Shown piece by piece: positions 1 to 9,791 of a DNA stretch of 64,000 bases. Under the pieces are notes generated by a model. That model worked only from the letters and a program-made list of their open reading frames with translations, did not search any database and had not been told where the DNA came from. Within the stretch, counting starts at the first letter, position 1; each line of letters begins with the position of its first letter. A program made the translations under genes and the position numbers. The stretch spans positions 288,001 to 352,000 of the forward strand of contig CBDCQT010000011.1 in assembly GCA_965220745.1 (NCBI GenBank), in the 5' to 3' direction. This stretch comes from Alphaproteobacteria bacterium (GTDB lineage: Bacteria > Pseudomonadota > Alphaproteobacteria > UBA828).

Positions 1-47
1 TTCGCGATCCAGATGACCGTGCAGGTGTCGAGAAGGTAGACGGGCAT
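1..47 (-). CDS. vapC: PIN-domain (VapC-family) toxin, 5' end only (runs off the window)
   Basis: Minus strand from ATG at 47 reads MPVYLLDTCTVIWIA, matching the VapC N-terminal LLDT motif; starts 6 nt after the stop of the upstream ORF. Confidence 0.75.
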   Translation of the reverse strand, partial: MPVYLLDTCTVIWIA

Positions 48-53
48 CGCCGA

Positions 54-476
54 CTACTGAGTCGCATCCCATTTCGTGTTGATCGGTGCCGTCAAGTCGG
101 TTCCTGGCTTGATCGTCACCGTGCCCTCGAGCGCACCGAAGACACGAGAAAGAAAGCCCCCGGAGGTGACTGTGGAATCTTGCGGCTCGTCCCGTAGCTC
201 GCCGCTCGCGGACTTGGCCGCCGGTCCGTACTGCACGGCCTTGCAAAACACCAATTTATGCGCCGCCATGTCCACCTCCGCCGTCGCGAAGCCCGCCTCG
301 AGCCAAGCACGAGTCATGACGTTGTTCGTGGGGTTATTGGACCACCAGGCCCGGTGGGTGAAGGCAGATTGCGGCAGTTTCGCGCCGATGACCTGCTCGA
401 TATCGGCGAAGGTCATGGGCACGGACTCCTGGCCTGCGTCGCGCAGGTGATCCGCCAAGGGCGCATATTTCGACAC
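54..476 (-). CDS. Putative antitoxin: N-terminal SKY..L...RAWWSN domain (DUF7662-like) plus VapB-like C-terminal tail
   Basis: GTG start with AAGGAG SD; C-terminus FGALEGTVTIKPGTDLTAPINTKWD resembles alphaproteobacterial VapB/Phd tails; directly upstream of vapC. Confidence 0.65.
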   Translation of the reverse strand: MSKYAPLADHLRDAGQESVPMTFADIEQVIGAKLPQSAFTHRAWWSNNPTNNVMTRAWLEAGFATAEVDMAAHKLVFCKAVQYGPAAKSASGELRDEPQDSTVTSGGFLSRVFGALEGTVTIKPGTDLTAPINTKWDATQ

Positions 477-510
477 AACGGTTCTCCTTCACAGGTATTT
501 TTTGAAGGGC

Positions 511-545
511 ATGTGTGTATAACACACACTTACTTCTTATTGCAA
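511..545 (-). promoter_or_regulatory. Sigma70-like promoter with overlapping palindromic operator for the TA operon
   Basis: Minus strand TTGCAA-N18-TATACA; perfect inverted repeat TGTGTGT-ata-ACACACA (512-528) overlaps the -10. Confidence 0.55.
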
Positions 546-669
546 ACAGAGAATCGAGTGCGACGGCCGCGACCGGCTCCGCCCCATTGCCGGTGCGGGA
601 GTCGCCAGCGTACTCTCGCGCGCCATCCGGTGCCGCTCTGCCAGCGGCGCCATTCCGGGACGAAATGCG

Positions 670-1920
670 ATGAGCGTTGAGCAGGCGCCCGGCCGCAGCC
701 AGGCCCGCGTCATGGGGCTGATCGCACTCGCCCACGGCGCGAGCCACTTCTACCAGCTCGCCCTGCCGCCGCTCTTCCCGCACCTCAAGGAAGCATTCGC
801 GGTCAGCTACACCGAACTCGGGACGCTGATGACCGTGTTCTACGTGGCCTCCGGCGTCGCGCAAAACGGGGCGGGCTTCCTGGTCGACCGCTTCCCGGCG
901 CGCACGGTACTCCTGGGCGGTCTCGCGTTGCTTTGCATCGCGATTTTGCTGATGGGTCTCGCGCCTGCGTTCTGGATGCTGTTCCCGCTTGCCGTGCTGG
1001 CGGGGCTCGGCAACAGCGTGTTTCATCCGGCCGATCTCTCCATCCTCACCGCGAGCATCCGGCGCACGCGCCACGGCCGGGCCTACGGCTTCCACACGCT
1101 GGGCGGCAATCTCGGCTATGCGCTTGCGCCCATCGTCATGGTGGGGCTCGCGCTGGAGCTCGGCTGGCGCTCCGCCCTGATCGTGGCCGGCGCGGGCGGC
1201 CTCGTGTTGTTTCTGATCCTGTTCTTCAACCGGCACCTGTTCCTCGACGCGAGCGACGAGGCGCCTGCGGTGGCCCGTCCGCGCGTTAGCGACGCCTCCG
1301 CGGCGGGCGCGAACGGGAGCGGTTTGCTTGCCGCCGTGAGGCAAGGCGTCGCTCCCCTCGTCTCGGTCCCGGTCATGCTCTGCTTCGCCTTCTTCATCTT
1401 CTTGAGCGGGGCCACGATCGGCCTGCAGTCGTTCTTCCCGGCGCTGATGGACCAGCTCTACGGCCTGCCGGTCGCCGAGGGTGCGCCGCTGCTCTCGGTC
1501 TTCCTCTTCGGGGCATCGGGGGGAGTCCTGCTCGGCGGCTTCCTGGCCGAGCGCACGAGTTCACGGCATCAGCTCGTCATCGGCGCGGGCCTCGCGTCGG
1601 CAGCCGCGTTCTTCGTCGCCATCAGCCTCGGCCTCTTCCCGGCCGCGGTTCTGGGAGTCCCCTTCGCGCTCGCCGGTATCCTGGTCGGCCTCACCTTTCC
1701 GTCGCGCGACATGCTGGTGCGCGAGACCGCGGCGGCCGATGCCAGGGGCCGGGTCTTCGGCTTCGTCTATTCCGGTCTCGATACCGGTGCCGCCGTCGCG
1801 CCGCTGATCGTGGGGTTGCTGCTCGACCACGGCGACCCTCAAGCCGTGATGTGGCTGATCGCAGCGCTGCTGCTGCTCGGCGTCCTAGCCGCCGTCATGG
1901 CGAAAGGGCGGCGAGGGTGA
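670..1920 (+). CDS. MFS transporter (Fsr-like)
   Basis: About 12 hydrophobic segments; GFLVDRF motif A; GLGNSVFHP. Confidence 0.9.
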   Translation: MSVEQAPGRSQARVMGLIALAHGASHFYQLALPPLFPHLKEAFAVSYTELGTLMTVFYVASGVAQNGAGFLVDRFPARTVLLGGLALLCIAILLMGLAPAFWMLFPLAVLAGLGNSVFHPADLSILTASIRRTRHGRAYGFHTLGGNLGYALAPIVMVGLALELGWRSALIVAGAGGLVLFLILFFNRHLFLDASDEAPAVARPRVSDASAAGANGSGLLAAVRQGVAPLVSVPVMLCFAFFIFLSGATIGLQSFFPALMDQLYGLPVAEGAPLLSVFLFGASGGVLLGGFLAERTSSRHQLVIGAGLASAAAFFVAISLGLFPAAVLGVPFALAGILVGLTFPSRDMLVRETAAADARGRVFGFVYSGLDTGAAVAPLIVGLLLDHGDPQAVMWLIAALLLLGVLAAVMAKGRRG

Positions 1921-2005
1921 GTACGCTGCGGCGCGCGCCATGCGCTACAATCCGCCCGCCCGGCCGCGTGGGCGCGCGTGTTCCCCTCTGCAATCGGTGA
2001 GTGGC

Positions 2006-3085
2006 ATGGTCAGCTTCGGCTTATTCTGTCTCATGGGTTATCGGGACCGCGGAAGCCAGGTCTCCGAGGTGCTCGGCAACGCGGTCCGCATGACGCAATG
2101 GGCCGAGGAGGCGGGCTTCGAGGCCGCCTGGTTCGCCGAGCATCACTTCTCCAACTACTGCGTCTGCCCCTCGCCGCTGCTGATGGTCAATCACTGCGCG
2201 GGACACACGACGCGGATCAAGCTCGGCCCGGCGGTGATCGTGGTGCCGCTCTATCACCCGGTCCGACTGCTCGCCGAGATCGGCATGACCCAGGCGCTGC
2301 TAGGCGAGGATCGCTTCCTGCTGGGGCTCGGCAGCGGCTACCAGCCCTACGAGTTCGAGCGCTTCGGCGCAGACCTGGGCGATTCCAAGGCGCAGCTGGA
2401 TGAGTTCCTCGCGCTTATGGACCGCGCGTATGCGGGCGAGACCTTCACGTTCGACGGCGACTTCACCGCCTTGCCGGAGACCAACATCAGCACACGCCCA
2501 CCGGGTGGCGTGCCGCCGATCTGGATTGCCGGCGATTCAGAATCGACACACAAGCTGGCGGCCAGGCGCGGCTTCGTGCCGATCATCACCGGTCGTTGGT
2601 TCGGCGCGGACTACCTGGCCGAGCAGCGCGAGCGCATCGACGCGTCCTACGCCGCCGAGGGCCTGAGCGGAGAAAAGCACGAGCTCGGGATCCTTCGCTT
2701 CGTCTGCGTGACCGAGAGCGATGAGGAGACGCGGGACTACCTCGTGCAAGCGCGCCAGCAGATGCGTTTCGCCGCCGCGCTGCGCAACCGTCAGGAGGCG
2801 ATGGACGGCGGCATGCTCGTGGAAAAGCCGTTCTCGGGCGAGCCGCCACTGGAGGAGATGGCGGCGAGCCTGCCCGTGGGCGATGCCGCCACTGTCGCGG
2901 CGCGGCTTACCGCCGACATCCGTGCCTCGGGCGCGAGCCACATGATGCTGAATATCCAGGCGGCGGGCTCCACCATGGCGCAGGCCGAGCGCACCATCCG
3001 GGCCTTTGCGAGCGAAATCAGGCCCGCCATCGATCGCGCCCTCGCCGAGGACCCGGGCGCAGGCGCTCAACGCCAATCGCAATAG
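2006..3085 (+). CDS. LLM-class flavin-dependent oxidoreductase
   Basis: AEEAGFEAAWFAEHHF, HPVRLLAE, LGLGSGYQPYEF; start moved to ATG 2006. Confidence 0.9.
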   Translation: MVSFGLFCLMGYRDRGSQVSEVLGNAVRMTQWAEEAGFEAAWFAEHHFSNYCVCPSPLLMVNHCAGHTTRIKLGPAVIVVPLYHPVRLLAEIGMTQALLGEDRFLLGLGSGYQPYEFERFGADLGDSKAQLDEFLALMDRAYAGETFTFDGDFTALPETNISTRPPGGVPPIWIAGDSESTHKLAARRGFVPIITGRWFGADYLAEQRERIDASYAAEGLSGEKHELGILRFVCVTESDEETRDYLVQARQQMRFAAALRNRQEAMDGGMLVEKPFSGEPPLEEMAASLPVGDAATVAARLTADIRASGASHMMLNIQAAGSTMAQAERTIRAFASEIRPAIDRALAEDPGAGAQRQSQ

Positions 3086-3207
3086 TCTGCAGCCTCCAGG
3101 ATCAGCCCTCTTATCTGAAGCATTGAATCGAGCGAAGAACATACCAATAGACAAATCTTGCCGGGGGACGATACACTTTCTGGCGTAATCTTCCTCGAGG
3201 TTAGCCG

Positions 3208-3612
3208 ATGACCAGTGATCGGGATAATCTGAACGGAGGCATCGACCGTCTGGCGCTCGCCCTTCGGGACGTGTTTCGAGAGGCTACCGCGGAAGCAGTT
3301 GCGACGGGGGTGGCGCCTCTGCGTAGGAGTGTGTCAGAACTTTCCGCTAATGTGTCAGAAATTACTACTGGACTGGCGGAGGTCCGAGGTGAGACCTCGC
3401 AAATACACCACAAGGTTCAGCGTGTGGGAACCCGTATAGATCAGATGAATGAACGTATGGGTGCCATGGAACATCGGATGAACCGAATGGATGCACGTAT
3501 GGATGTTATAGAAAGGCGTCTTCCCCAAGCTATGACACAGGAAGAATATGATGCTCTCCCAAAGAAAGACGAGAATACACTGTACGTAATAGTTGAACGT
3601 CCGCACACGTGA
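3208..3612 (+). CDS. Hypothetical coiled-coil protein with a phage-tail-fibre-like C-terminal motif
   Basis: Low-GC ORF; heptads MNERMGAMEHRMNRMDARMDVIERRL; ends TQEEYDALPKKDENTLYVIV. Confidence 0.6.
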   Translation: MTSDRDNLNGGIDRLALALRDVFREATAEAVATGVAPLRRSVSELSANVSEITTGLAEVRGETSQIHHKVQRVGTRIDQMNERMGAMEHRMNRMDARMDVIERRLPQAMTQEEYDALPKKDENTLYVIVERPHT

Positions 3613-3924
3613 CGGCGCGCGTAGCCACTATGGGGTGCAAGCAACGACCGATCCACCCGAGAGGATGCGGGTGCTGCCCAAGCCCTCATGCTATCAGCTT
3701 TAGGCTGCCGACCTTGGGGAAGGTCTGAGCGACGACGCAATATCCAGGGCGCTCGTAGGCTTGTTGGAACGCGCAACGGCGGCCATTAATCTAGCGCCTG
3801 TCGAAACTTAATTGGGCGGGAATGACAATTTAGCGACGCCGGACATCACTTGGCGCTCGTGCTCCAATGCATGTGTTCTCCTTTGTCAATTGGAACCATA
3901 TGAACCGGACCGGGCGCGGGGTTC

Positions 3925-5050
3925 TTAGCCCTTGCCCGCGCCCTCCGCAGGGGCGCCGATGCGGGCGGCGAGCGATGCCGCCAGGAACTGGTCGATGCCG
4001 CCGTCGAGCACCGCGTCGGGGTTGCTGCTTTCGATCCCGGTGCGCAGGTCCTTCACCATGCGGTAGGGCTGCAGCACGTAGGAGCGGATCTGGTGGCCCC
4101 AGCCGATGTCGCTCTTCTGCTCGGCCAGCGCCTGCGCCTCCATCTCGCGCTCCTGCAGCGCACGCTCGTAGAGACGGGCGCGCAGCATCGACATGGCCTC
4201 CGCCCTGTTGCGGTGCTGCGAGCGCTCGGCCTGGCACTGCACGACGATGCTGGTGGGCAGGTGGGTGATGCGGACCGCGCTGTCGGTCCGGTTGACGTGT
4301 TGCCCGCCTGCGCCCGAGGCGCGGTAGGTGTCGATCCGCAGGTCCTTGTCCGCGATCTCGATATCGATGGTCTCGTCCACCACGGGGTAGACCCAGACCG
4401 AGGCGAAGCTGGTGTGGCGCCGGGCGCCCGCATCGAAGGGCGAGATGCGGACCAGGCGATGCACGCCGCTCTCGGTCTTGAGCCAGCCGTAGGCGCTCTC
4501 GCCCGAGACCTTGATGACGGCCGACTTGATCCCCGCCTCCTCGCCGGGGCTTTCCTCGATCCACTCGACCTTGTAGCCGCGCTGCTCCGACCAGCGCACG
4601 TACATGCGCAGCAGCATCTCGGCCCAGTCCTGCGATTCGGTGCCGCCGGCGCCGGCATGAACCTCAAGGAACCCGTCGTTGCCGTCCGCCTCGCCCGAGA
4701 GCAGGCTCTCCAGCTCGCGCCGCTTGGCCTCCGCGCGGGTCGTAGCGAGCGCAGCCTCCGCCTCGCCGTAGGCCTCCTCGTCGGCCTCCTCGTCGGCAAG
4801 CTCGGCAAGCGCGAGGCCGTCGTCGAGCTCCTGCTCCAGCCGTTGGAAGGTGGCGACCGCGGCGTCGAGCCGGGTGCGCTCCTGCATCACCGCACGGGCG
4901 CGCTCGGCGTCGGCCCAGAGGTCCGGGTCCTCGGCCTCGCGGTTCAGAGCCTCCAGGCGTTCGCGCGCACCGTCGAGGTCAAAGGTGCCTCCTCAGCAGC
5001 GTCAGCGACTGCTTGATGTCATCGGCAAGCGACAGGATTTCCGCGCGCAT
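3925..5050 (-). CDS. prfB: Peptide chain release factor 2 (programmed +1 frameshift)
   Basis: ORF1 [23 protein letters not shown] then CTT-TGA-C; the +1 frame contains the SPF and GGQ motifs. Confidence 0.97.
4978..4993 (-). promoter_or_regulatory. RF2 frameshift cassette
   Basis: Minus strand AGGAGG-cac-CTTTGAC: internal SD 3 nt upstream of the slippery CTT TGA. Confidence 0.95.
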
Positions 5051-5074
5051 CGGCAGGGCCCCTCAGGTGGGCGC

Positions 5075-7486
5075 TCAATATACGGCGCCCAGCCCCTCGA
5101 ACGGAACCGCCCCGGCTTCGAGCCCGCCATCCAGGCTGTCGGCTGCCGTGAGCACTGCCCGCTGCGTCGGCTCTGTGCCGGGCAGGAAGGCTTCGACGAT
5201 CACGTCGTCGCTGGCGGGGCCGGGCAGCGTGCCGGAGCCGCGCTCGACCCGGACGAAGCGGATGCCCGGCGGAACCCGGAAGGGCACGGCCGGCTTGCCG
5301 GCCAAGGCGGCGGCGAAGAAGTCCCGCACGATGGGCGCCGCGACCCGGCCGCCGGACTCCTTCCGCCCCAGCGATTGCGGCTGGTCGAAGCCGACATAGG
5401 CCGCGGCCACGAGGTCCGGGGTGAAGCCCACGAACCAGGCGTCGCGGAACTCGTTGGTGGTGCCGGTCTTGCCGCCAATCGACGCGCCCAGCTTGCGGAG
5501 CGCGCGGCCGGTGCCGCGCTGCACCGCACCCTCCAGCATCGAGACGACCTGGTAGGTGGTGCGCGGGTCGGCGATCACGGGACGCAGGTCGCGCAGGACG
5601 GGCGGCAGCTGGTGGCGCCATTCGCCGGGGCGGCAGTTGTTGCACTCGCGCGCGTCACGCCGGTAGACCGTGCGCCCGTTACGGTCCTGAATCCGCTCGA
5701 CGAAGGCAGGCACGATCTTGCGCCCGCCGTTGACCAGCATGGCGTAGGCCGCGGCGAGATCGAGCGGCGTGGTCTCCATCGAACCCAGCGCGGCCGACGG
5801 CAGCTCCGGCAGGTCCTCGTAGAGCCCGAAACGCGCGGCATAGTCGCCCACGGTCTTCATGCCGATGTCCTGGGCCACGCGGAGCGTCATCAGGTTGCGC
5901 GATTCCTCAAGGCCCACCCTGAGCGTGCTCGGGCCGTAGAAACGCTCGGTGTAGTTCTCGGGCTTCCACTTGCGCAGGTGCTCGCCCTGGTCGATCACCA
6001 CCGGCGCGTCGAGCACGATGGAAGCCGGCGTGTAGCCGTGATCGAGCGCCGCTAGATAGACGAACGGCTTGAAGGCAGAGCCGGGCTGGCGCCGTGCCTG
6101 GGTCGCGCGGTCGAACTCGCTGGTGGCGAAGTCGAAGCCACCGACCAGCGCCAGCACCCGTCCGGTGTGCGGATCGAGCGCCACCAGGGCGCCCGAGACC
6201 GCGGGAATCTGGCGGAGCGCATAGGCGCCCTCCCGGTCATCCACTGGCTCAACTGGCACAACGTCGCCCGCGCTCAGCACTTGGTGCGCGGCGGTGACCT
6301 CCGGTCCGAGCCGGCCCTTCCCCCGCGCCGCTCGCGCCCATGTAAGGTCGTCGAGCGCGATGGCGCCCACACCGCCGTCGGCGAAGCCGATTTCCGCGCG
6401 ACCGGCGTCTGCGGTCAGGACCGCCGCGAGACGCCATGGTTTCGGCACCGGCGGCAGCTCTTCCGCGCCGAGCGCCTGCCGCCAGTCACCCGCCAGATCG
6501 ATCTGAGCGAGCGGACCGCGCCAGCCGCGGCGTTGATCGTACGCGACGAGGCCGCCCCTGAGCGCCCGGTCGGCCGTCGCCTGGAGTGCGGGATCCACCG
6601 TGGTGCGGACCGAGAGGCCGCCTTCGTAGAGCGTATCGTCGCCGTAGCGCGCCTGTAGCCAGCGGCGCACCTCCTCGGAGAAGTGCGGCGCCTCGACGAA
6701 GGTCTCGGGGGCGCGTTCGCGGGTGCGAAGCGGCGCCTGCATCGCGGCTTCGGCCTCGGCCTCTCTCACCGCACCGTTTGCGAGCATCTGGCTCAGCACC
6801 CAGTTGCGCCGCGCCACGGCGGCGGCGCGCTTGCGCACCGGGTGATAGTTGTTCGGCGCCTTGGGCAAAGCCGCTAGATAGGCGATCTCTTCGAGCGAAA
6901 GGTCGTTGAGGGAGCGATCGAAATAGTTGAGGGCCGCCGCCGCCACACCATAGGAGCCTGCGCCCAGATAAATCTCGTTGAGGTAGAGCTCGAGGATCTG
7001 ATCCTTGGTGAAGGCGTCCTCGATCCTCATGGCGAGGATGGCTTCCTTGATCTTGCGCGAGAAGGAAAGCTCGTTCGAGAGCAGGAAGTTTTTGGCCACC
7101 TGCTGGGTGACCGTGGACGCGCCGACCGGCCGGCGTTCGCCGTTGCCGACCATGTTGACGAGGTTGGTGACCACCGCGTTCGCCACGCTGATGGGATCGA
7201 CCCCGAAGTGCTCGTAGAACGCCTTGTCCTCGGCGGCGAGGAAGGCCTGGACCAGCCTCTCCGGCATGGCACCGACGGGCACGAACAGCCGCTTCTCGCG
7301 AGCGTGCTCGGCGAGCAGGCGCCCATCGCCGGCGTGAACGCGGGTCATCACTGGTGGCTCGTAGGCCGCGAGCTGGTTGTGATCTGGCAGGTCCCGGCCG
7401 TAGTGGAAGAAGACGAAGGCGATGGCACCGCCTGCGAGTGCTGCGAGGAGCACGAGGCTGCCGAGGACGATGCCGGCGATTTTCAT
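5075..7486 (-). CDS. mrcA: Penicillin-binding protein 1A
   Basis: N-terminal TM; transglycosylase EDKAFYEHFG, GASTVTQQVAKN, RKIKE; transpeptidase SAFK, SRN, KTGT. Confidence 0.95.
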   Translation of the reverse strand: MKIAGIVLGSLVLLAALAGGAIAFVFFHYGRDLPDHNQLAAYEPPVMTRVHAGDGRLLAEHAREKRLFVPVGAMPERLVQAFLAAEDKAFYEHFGVDPISVANAVVTNLVNMVGNGERRPVGASTVTQQVAKNFLLSNELSFSRKIKEAILAMRIEDAFTKDQILELYLNEIYLGAGSYGVAAAALNYFDRSLNDLSLEEIAYLAALPKAPNNYHPVRKRAAAVARRNWVLSQMLANGAVREAEAEAAMQAPLRTRERAPETFVEAPHFSEEVRRWLQARYGDDTLYEGGLSVRTTVDPALQATADRALRGGLVAYDQRRGWRGPLAQIDLAGDWRQALGAEELPPVPKPWRLAAVLTADAGRAEIGFADGGVGAIALDDLTWARAARGKGRLGPEVTAAHQVLSAGDVVPVEPVDDREGAYALRQIPAVSGALVALDPHTGRVLALVGGFDFATSEFDRATQARRQPGSAFKPFVYLAALDHGYTPASIVLDAPVVIDQGEHLRKWKPENYTERFYGPSTLRVGLEESRNLMTLRVAQDIGMKTVGDYAARFGLYEDLPELPSAALGSMETTPLDLAAAYAMLVNGGRKIVPAFVERIQDRNGRTVYRRDARECNNCRPGEWRHQLPPVLRDLRPVIADPRTTYQVVSMLEGAVQRGTGRALRKLGASIGGKTGTTNEFRDAWFVGFTPDLVAAAYVGFDQPQSLGRKESGGRVAAPIVRDFFAAALAGKPAVPFRVPPGIRFVRVERGSGTLPGPASDDVIVEAFLPGTEPTQRAVLTAADSLDGGLEAGAVPFEGLGAVY

Positions 7487-7617
7487 CTTTGGGCGGGCCG
7501 GACGGTCAGTGGAGTCGCGTACGCCTCAGCGTAGCATCGATCGATCAGAGTCGGGACGGTGATGCCGGCGCGTACCCTCCTATCGGGCGCCAAAATTGAG
7601 GCGAGACTACGGCGGAA

Positions 7618-8865
7618 TTAGCACGGCTCGCGAAAATAGGTGTCGAGTGCCTTGACGATCGCGCCTGCCAAATCGCGCCGGTGACTCTCGATTTGCAGCC
7701 GTTCCGCGTCCTGGTCGTTGGAGAGGAATCCGAGCTCGACCAACACCGAGGGGATGTCCGGCGCCTTGAGGACGCGGAAGTTGCCGAAGCGGTGCGGGCG
7801 GTTGATCAACGGTGCCACGCGGCCGAGCTCCGGCAGCAGCGCCGCCGCCAGCACCGCCGAGCAGTTCATCGTGTTCTGCTGGACCATCGAAATCAGCACC
7901 TTGGTCACGTCTTCGTCGTAGCCCTCGGAGAGATCGACGTCGGCGACGATGTCCGCCTTGTTCTCGCGCGCAGCGAGCTCGGCGGTCTCCACGTCCGACG
8001 CCTCGTCCGAGAGCGTGTAGACCGAGGCACCCTGCACCTCGCGGTTATTCAATCGGTCGAGGTGGATGGAGAGGAAGAGATCAGCGCCAGCGTTGCGGGC
8101 GATTTCGACCCGGCGGTGTAGCCCGACCTTGTGGTCGCCATCGCGGGTCATCACCGCCTGGTAGCGGCCGGATGCTTCAAGCGCCGCCCGCAGCTCGCGC
8201 GAGAACACCAATGCCAGCACCTTTTCCCGCAGGCCGTTGGTCGCGATCGCGCCAGGGTCACGCCCGCCGTGGCCGGCGTCGATCGCGATCAGATGGCGTA
8301 CACGCTTGGGCGCCGGCTTGAGCGGCGGCAAAGGCACGGGCTCGGCTGGGGGCGCTCGACGTGCCTGCGTGGCCGGCTCAGAGAGGCGGGACGGCCGAGC
8401 CGTAGCCCGAAACGCCGACTGCGATACCGGAACGAGATCCAGGATCAGCCGGTGAGAAACCGGGGCGTCCGGCTCCTGATCCAGCAAGTCTGCCCGCCGC
8501 ACGGCGAGCGGCTTGTCGAGATCGAGCACGATGCGGGCAACATCCGGCCGAAACTGACCGAAGCGCAGCTGCGCCACGCCGGCGCGTCCGATGGTTTGGG
8601 TTCCCTCCCCCGCGCCCCAGCTTGCCGCCGTCAGGTCGATCACCAGGCGGTCGGGATTGGCGAGGGAAAAAACACTGAACTCCACCGGCTCCGTGAGGTC
8701 CACGACCAGCCGGGTCATGTCGGCGTACTTGCCGACCCGAACGTCACTGACCGAGGGAGCTGCCTGCGCGCCAATAGTGCCAATAGTGAGGACTGCAGCC
8801 AGCAATGATGCGAGAGCCGCCACCGCGACCCGGCGCCGCCTAATCACCCCGCTGCTCCGCCCCAT
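7618..8865 (-). CDS. amiC: N-acetylmuramoyl-L-alanine amidase (AMIN + Amidase_3)
   Basis: IDAGHGGRDPGA, FLSIH, PSVLVELGFLSN; Arg-rich signal-like N-terminus; start uncertain. Confidence 0.9.
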   Translation of the reverse strand: MGRSSGVIRRRRVAVAALASLLAAVLTIGTIGAQAAPSVSDVRVGKYADMTRLVVDLTEPVEFSVFSLANPDRLVIDLTAASWGAGEGTQTIGRAGVAQLRFGQFRPDVARIVLDLDKPLAVRRADLLDQEPDAPVSHRLILDLVPVSQSAFRATARPSRLSEPATQARRAPPAEPVPLPPLKPAPKRVRHLIAIDAGHGGRDPGAIATNGLREKVLALVFSRELRAALEASGRYQAVMTRDGDHKVGLHRRVEIARNAGADLFLSIHLDRLNNREVQGASVYTLSDEASDVETAELAARENKADIVADVDLSEGYDEDVTKVLISMVQQNTMNCSAVLAAALLPELGRVAPLINRPHRFGNFRVLKAPDIPSVLVELGFLSNDQDAERLQIESHRRDLAGAIVKALDTYFREPC

Positions 8866-8989
8866 GCCGGCAACTGTCCCTCCTCGTACCGGCAATCGCG
8901 CCCCTTCATACAGTTTGGCCTCGAGTCTGGGCAACGCCGGATGCTTCGGCGGTCGTGCTATTCTCATTGTGCCAAGGAGGAGCGACGAC

Positions 8990-9760
8990 ATGGCGCGAAA
9001 CGGGAGTGCGACGACGACACGCAAGCCGCGCCGCTCGCGCGCCGAGAGTCGCGCGCGGCGGGAACTCGCCGCCTGCTATCGCATGTTCTATCGGCGCGGC
9101 ATGGACGACCTGATTTACACCCACCTCTCGGTGCGCATTTCCGATCGGCGTGATCGCTACCTTTTCATCGGCTTCGGCCAGCTCTTCGACGAGGTGACCG
9201 CATCGAGCCTCATGACCGTCGACATCGAGGGCAACAACGTCGGCCGGACGCCCGGCGAGGTCAACCCGTCGGGCTGGGTGGTGCACCGGACCGTCTTCGA
9301 GGCGGTGCCGGAGGCTGAGAGCGTGATGCACCTCCACACGGTGCCGGGCGTCGCTGTCTCGGCGCAGAAGGACGGGCTGCTGCCGATCAACCAGTTCGCG
9401 ATCACCCATGCCGGCCAGATCGCCTATCACGACTACGACGGTCCCGGCCTCCGGCCCGCCGAGCAGAAGACCCTGGTCCGCGACCTCGGCGACAGGCGAA
9501 TGATGCTCCTGCGCAACCACGGTACGCTGACCTGGGGCCGCTCCATCGCCGAGGCTTTCACCTTGATGCACTACCTGGAGCGCACTTGCGAGATTCAGAT
9601 CGCGGCCCAGGCCGGCGGCCCACCGGTGCTGCCGTCGAAGTCGGTCATCGAACGCACGGCGGCGATCGGTCAGGGAACCGGCAACGTGGAATGGGCCAGG
9701 ATCGGCTTTGAGGCGCTGCTGCGCCGCCTGGACCGGGAGGACCCCTCCTACCGTCGCTAG
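8990..9760 (+). CDS. Class II aldolase/adducin family protein
   Basis: DLIYTHLS, VMHLHT, LLRNHG; AAGGAGG SD before ATG 8990. Confidence 0.9.
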   Translation: MARNGSATTTRKPRRSRAESRARRELAACYRMFYRRGMDDLIYTHLSVRISDRRDRYLFIGFGQLFDEVTASSLMTVDIEGNNVGRTPGEVNPSGWVVHRTVFEAVPEAESVMHLHTVPGVAVSAQKDGLLPINQFAITHAGQIAYHDYDGPGLRPAEQKTLVRDLGDRRMMLLRNHGTLTWGRSIAEAFTLMHYLERTCEIQIAAQAGGPPVLPSKSVIERTAAIGQGTGNVEWARIGFEALLRRLDREDPSYRR

Positions 9761-9791
9761 TGTTTGGCGGCCTCCGCGCTATAGTGAAGGC

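Noticed and set aside
3665-3811. Protein-like frame MRVLPKPSCYQL*AADLGEGLSDDAISRALVGLLERA with an internal TAG
   Set aside because: Short, no recognisable family and no evidence for recoding; at most a decayed gene fragment
3874-3906. Possible alphaproteobacterial LexA box (GTTC/GAAC repeats)
   Set aside because: Spacing is N5 or N6 with degenerate half-sites rather than GTTC-N7-GTTC
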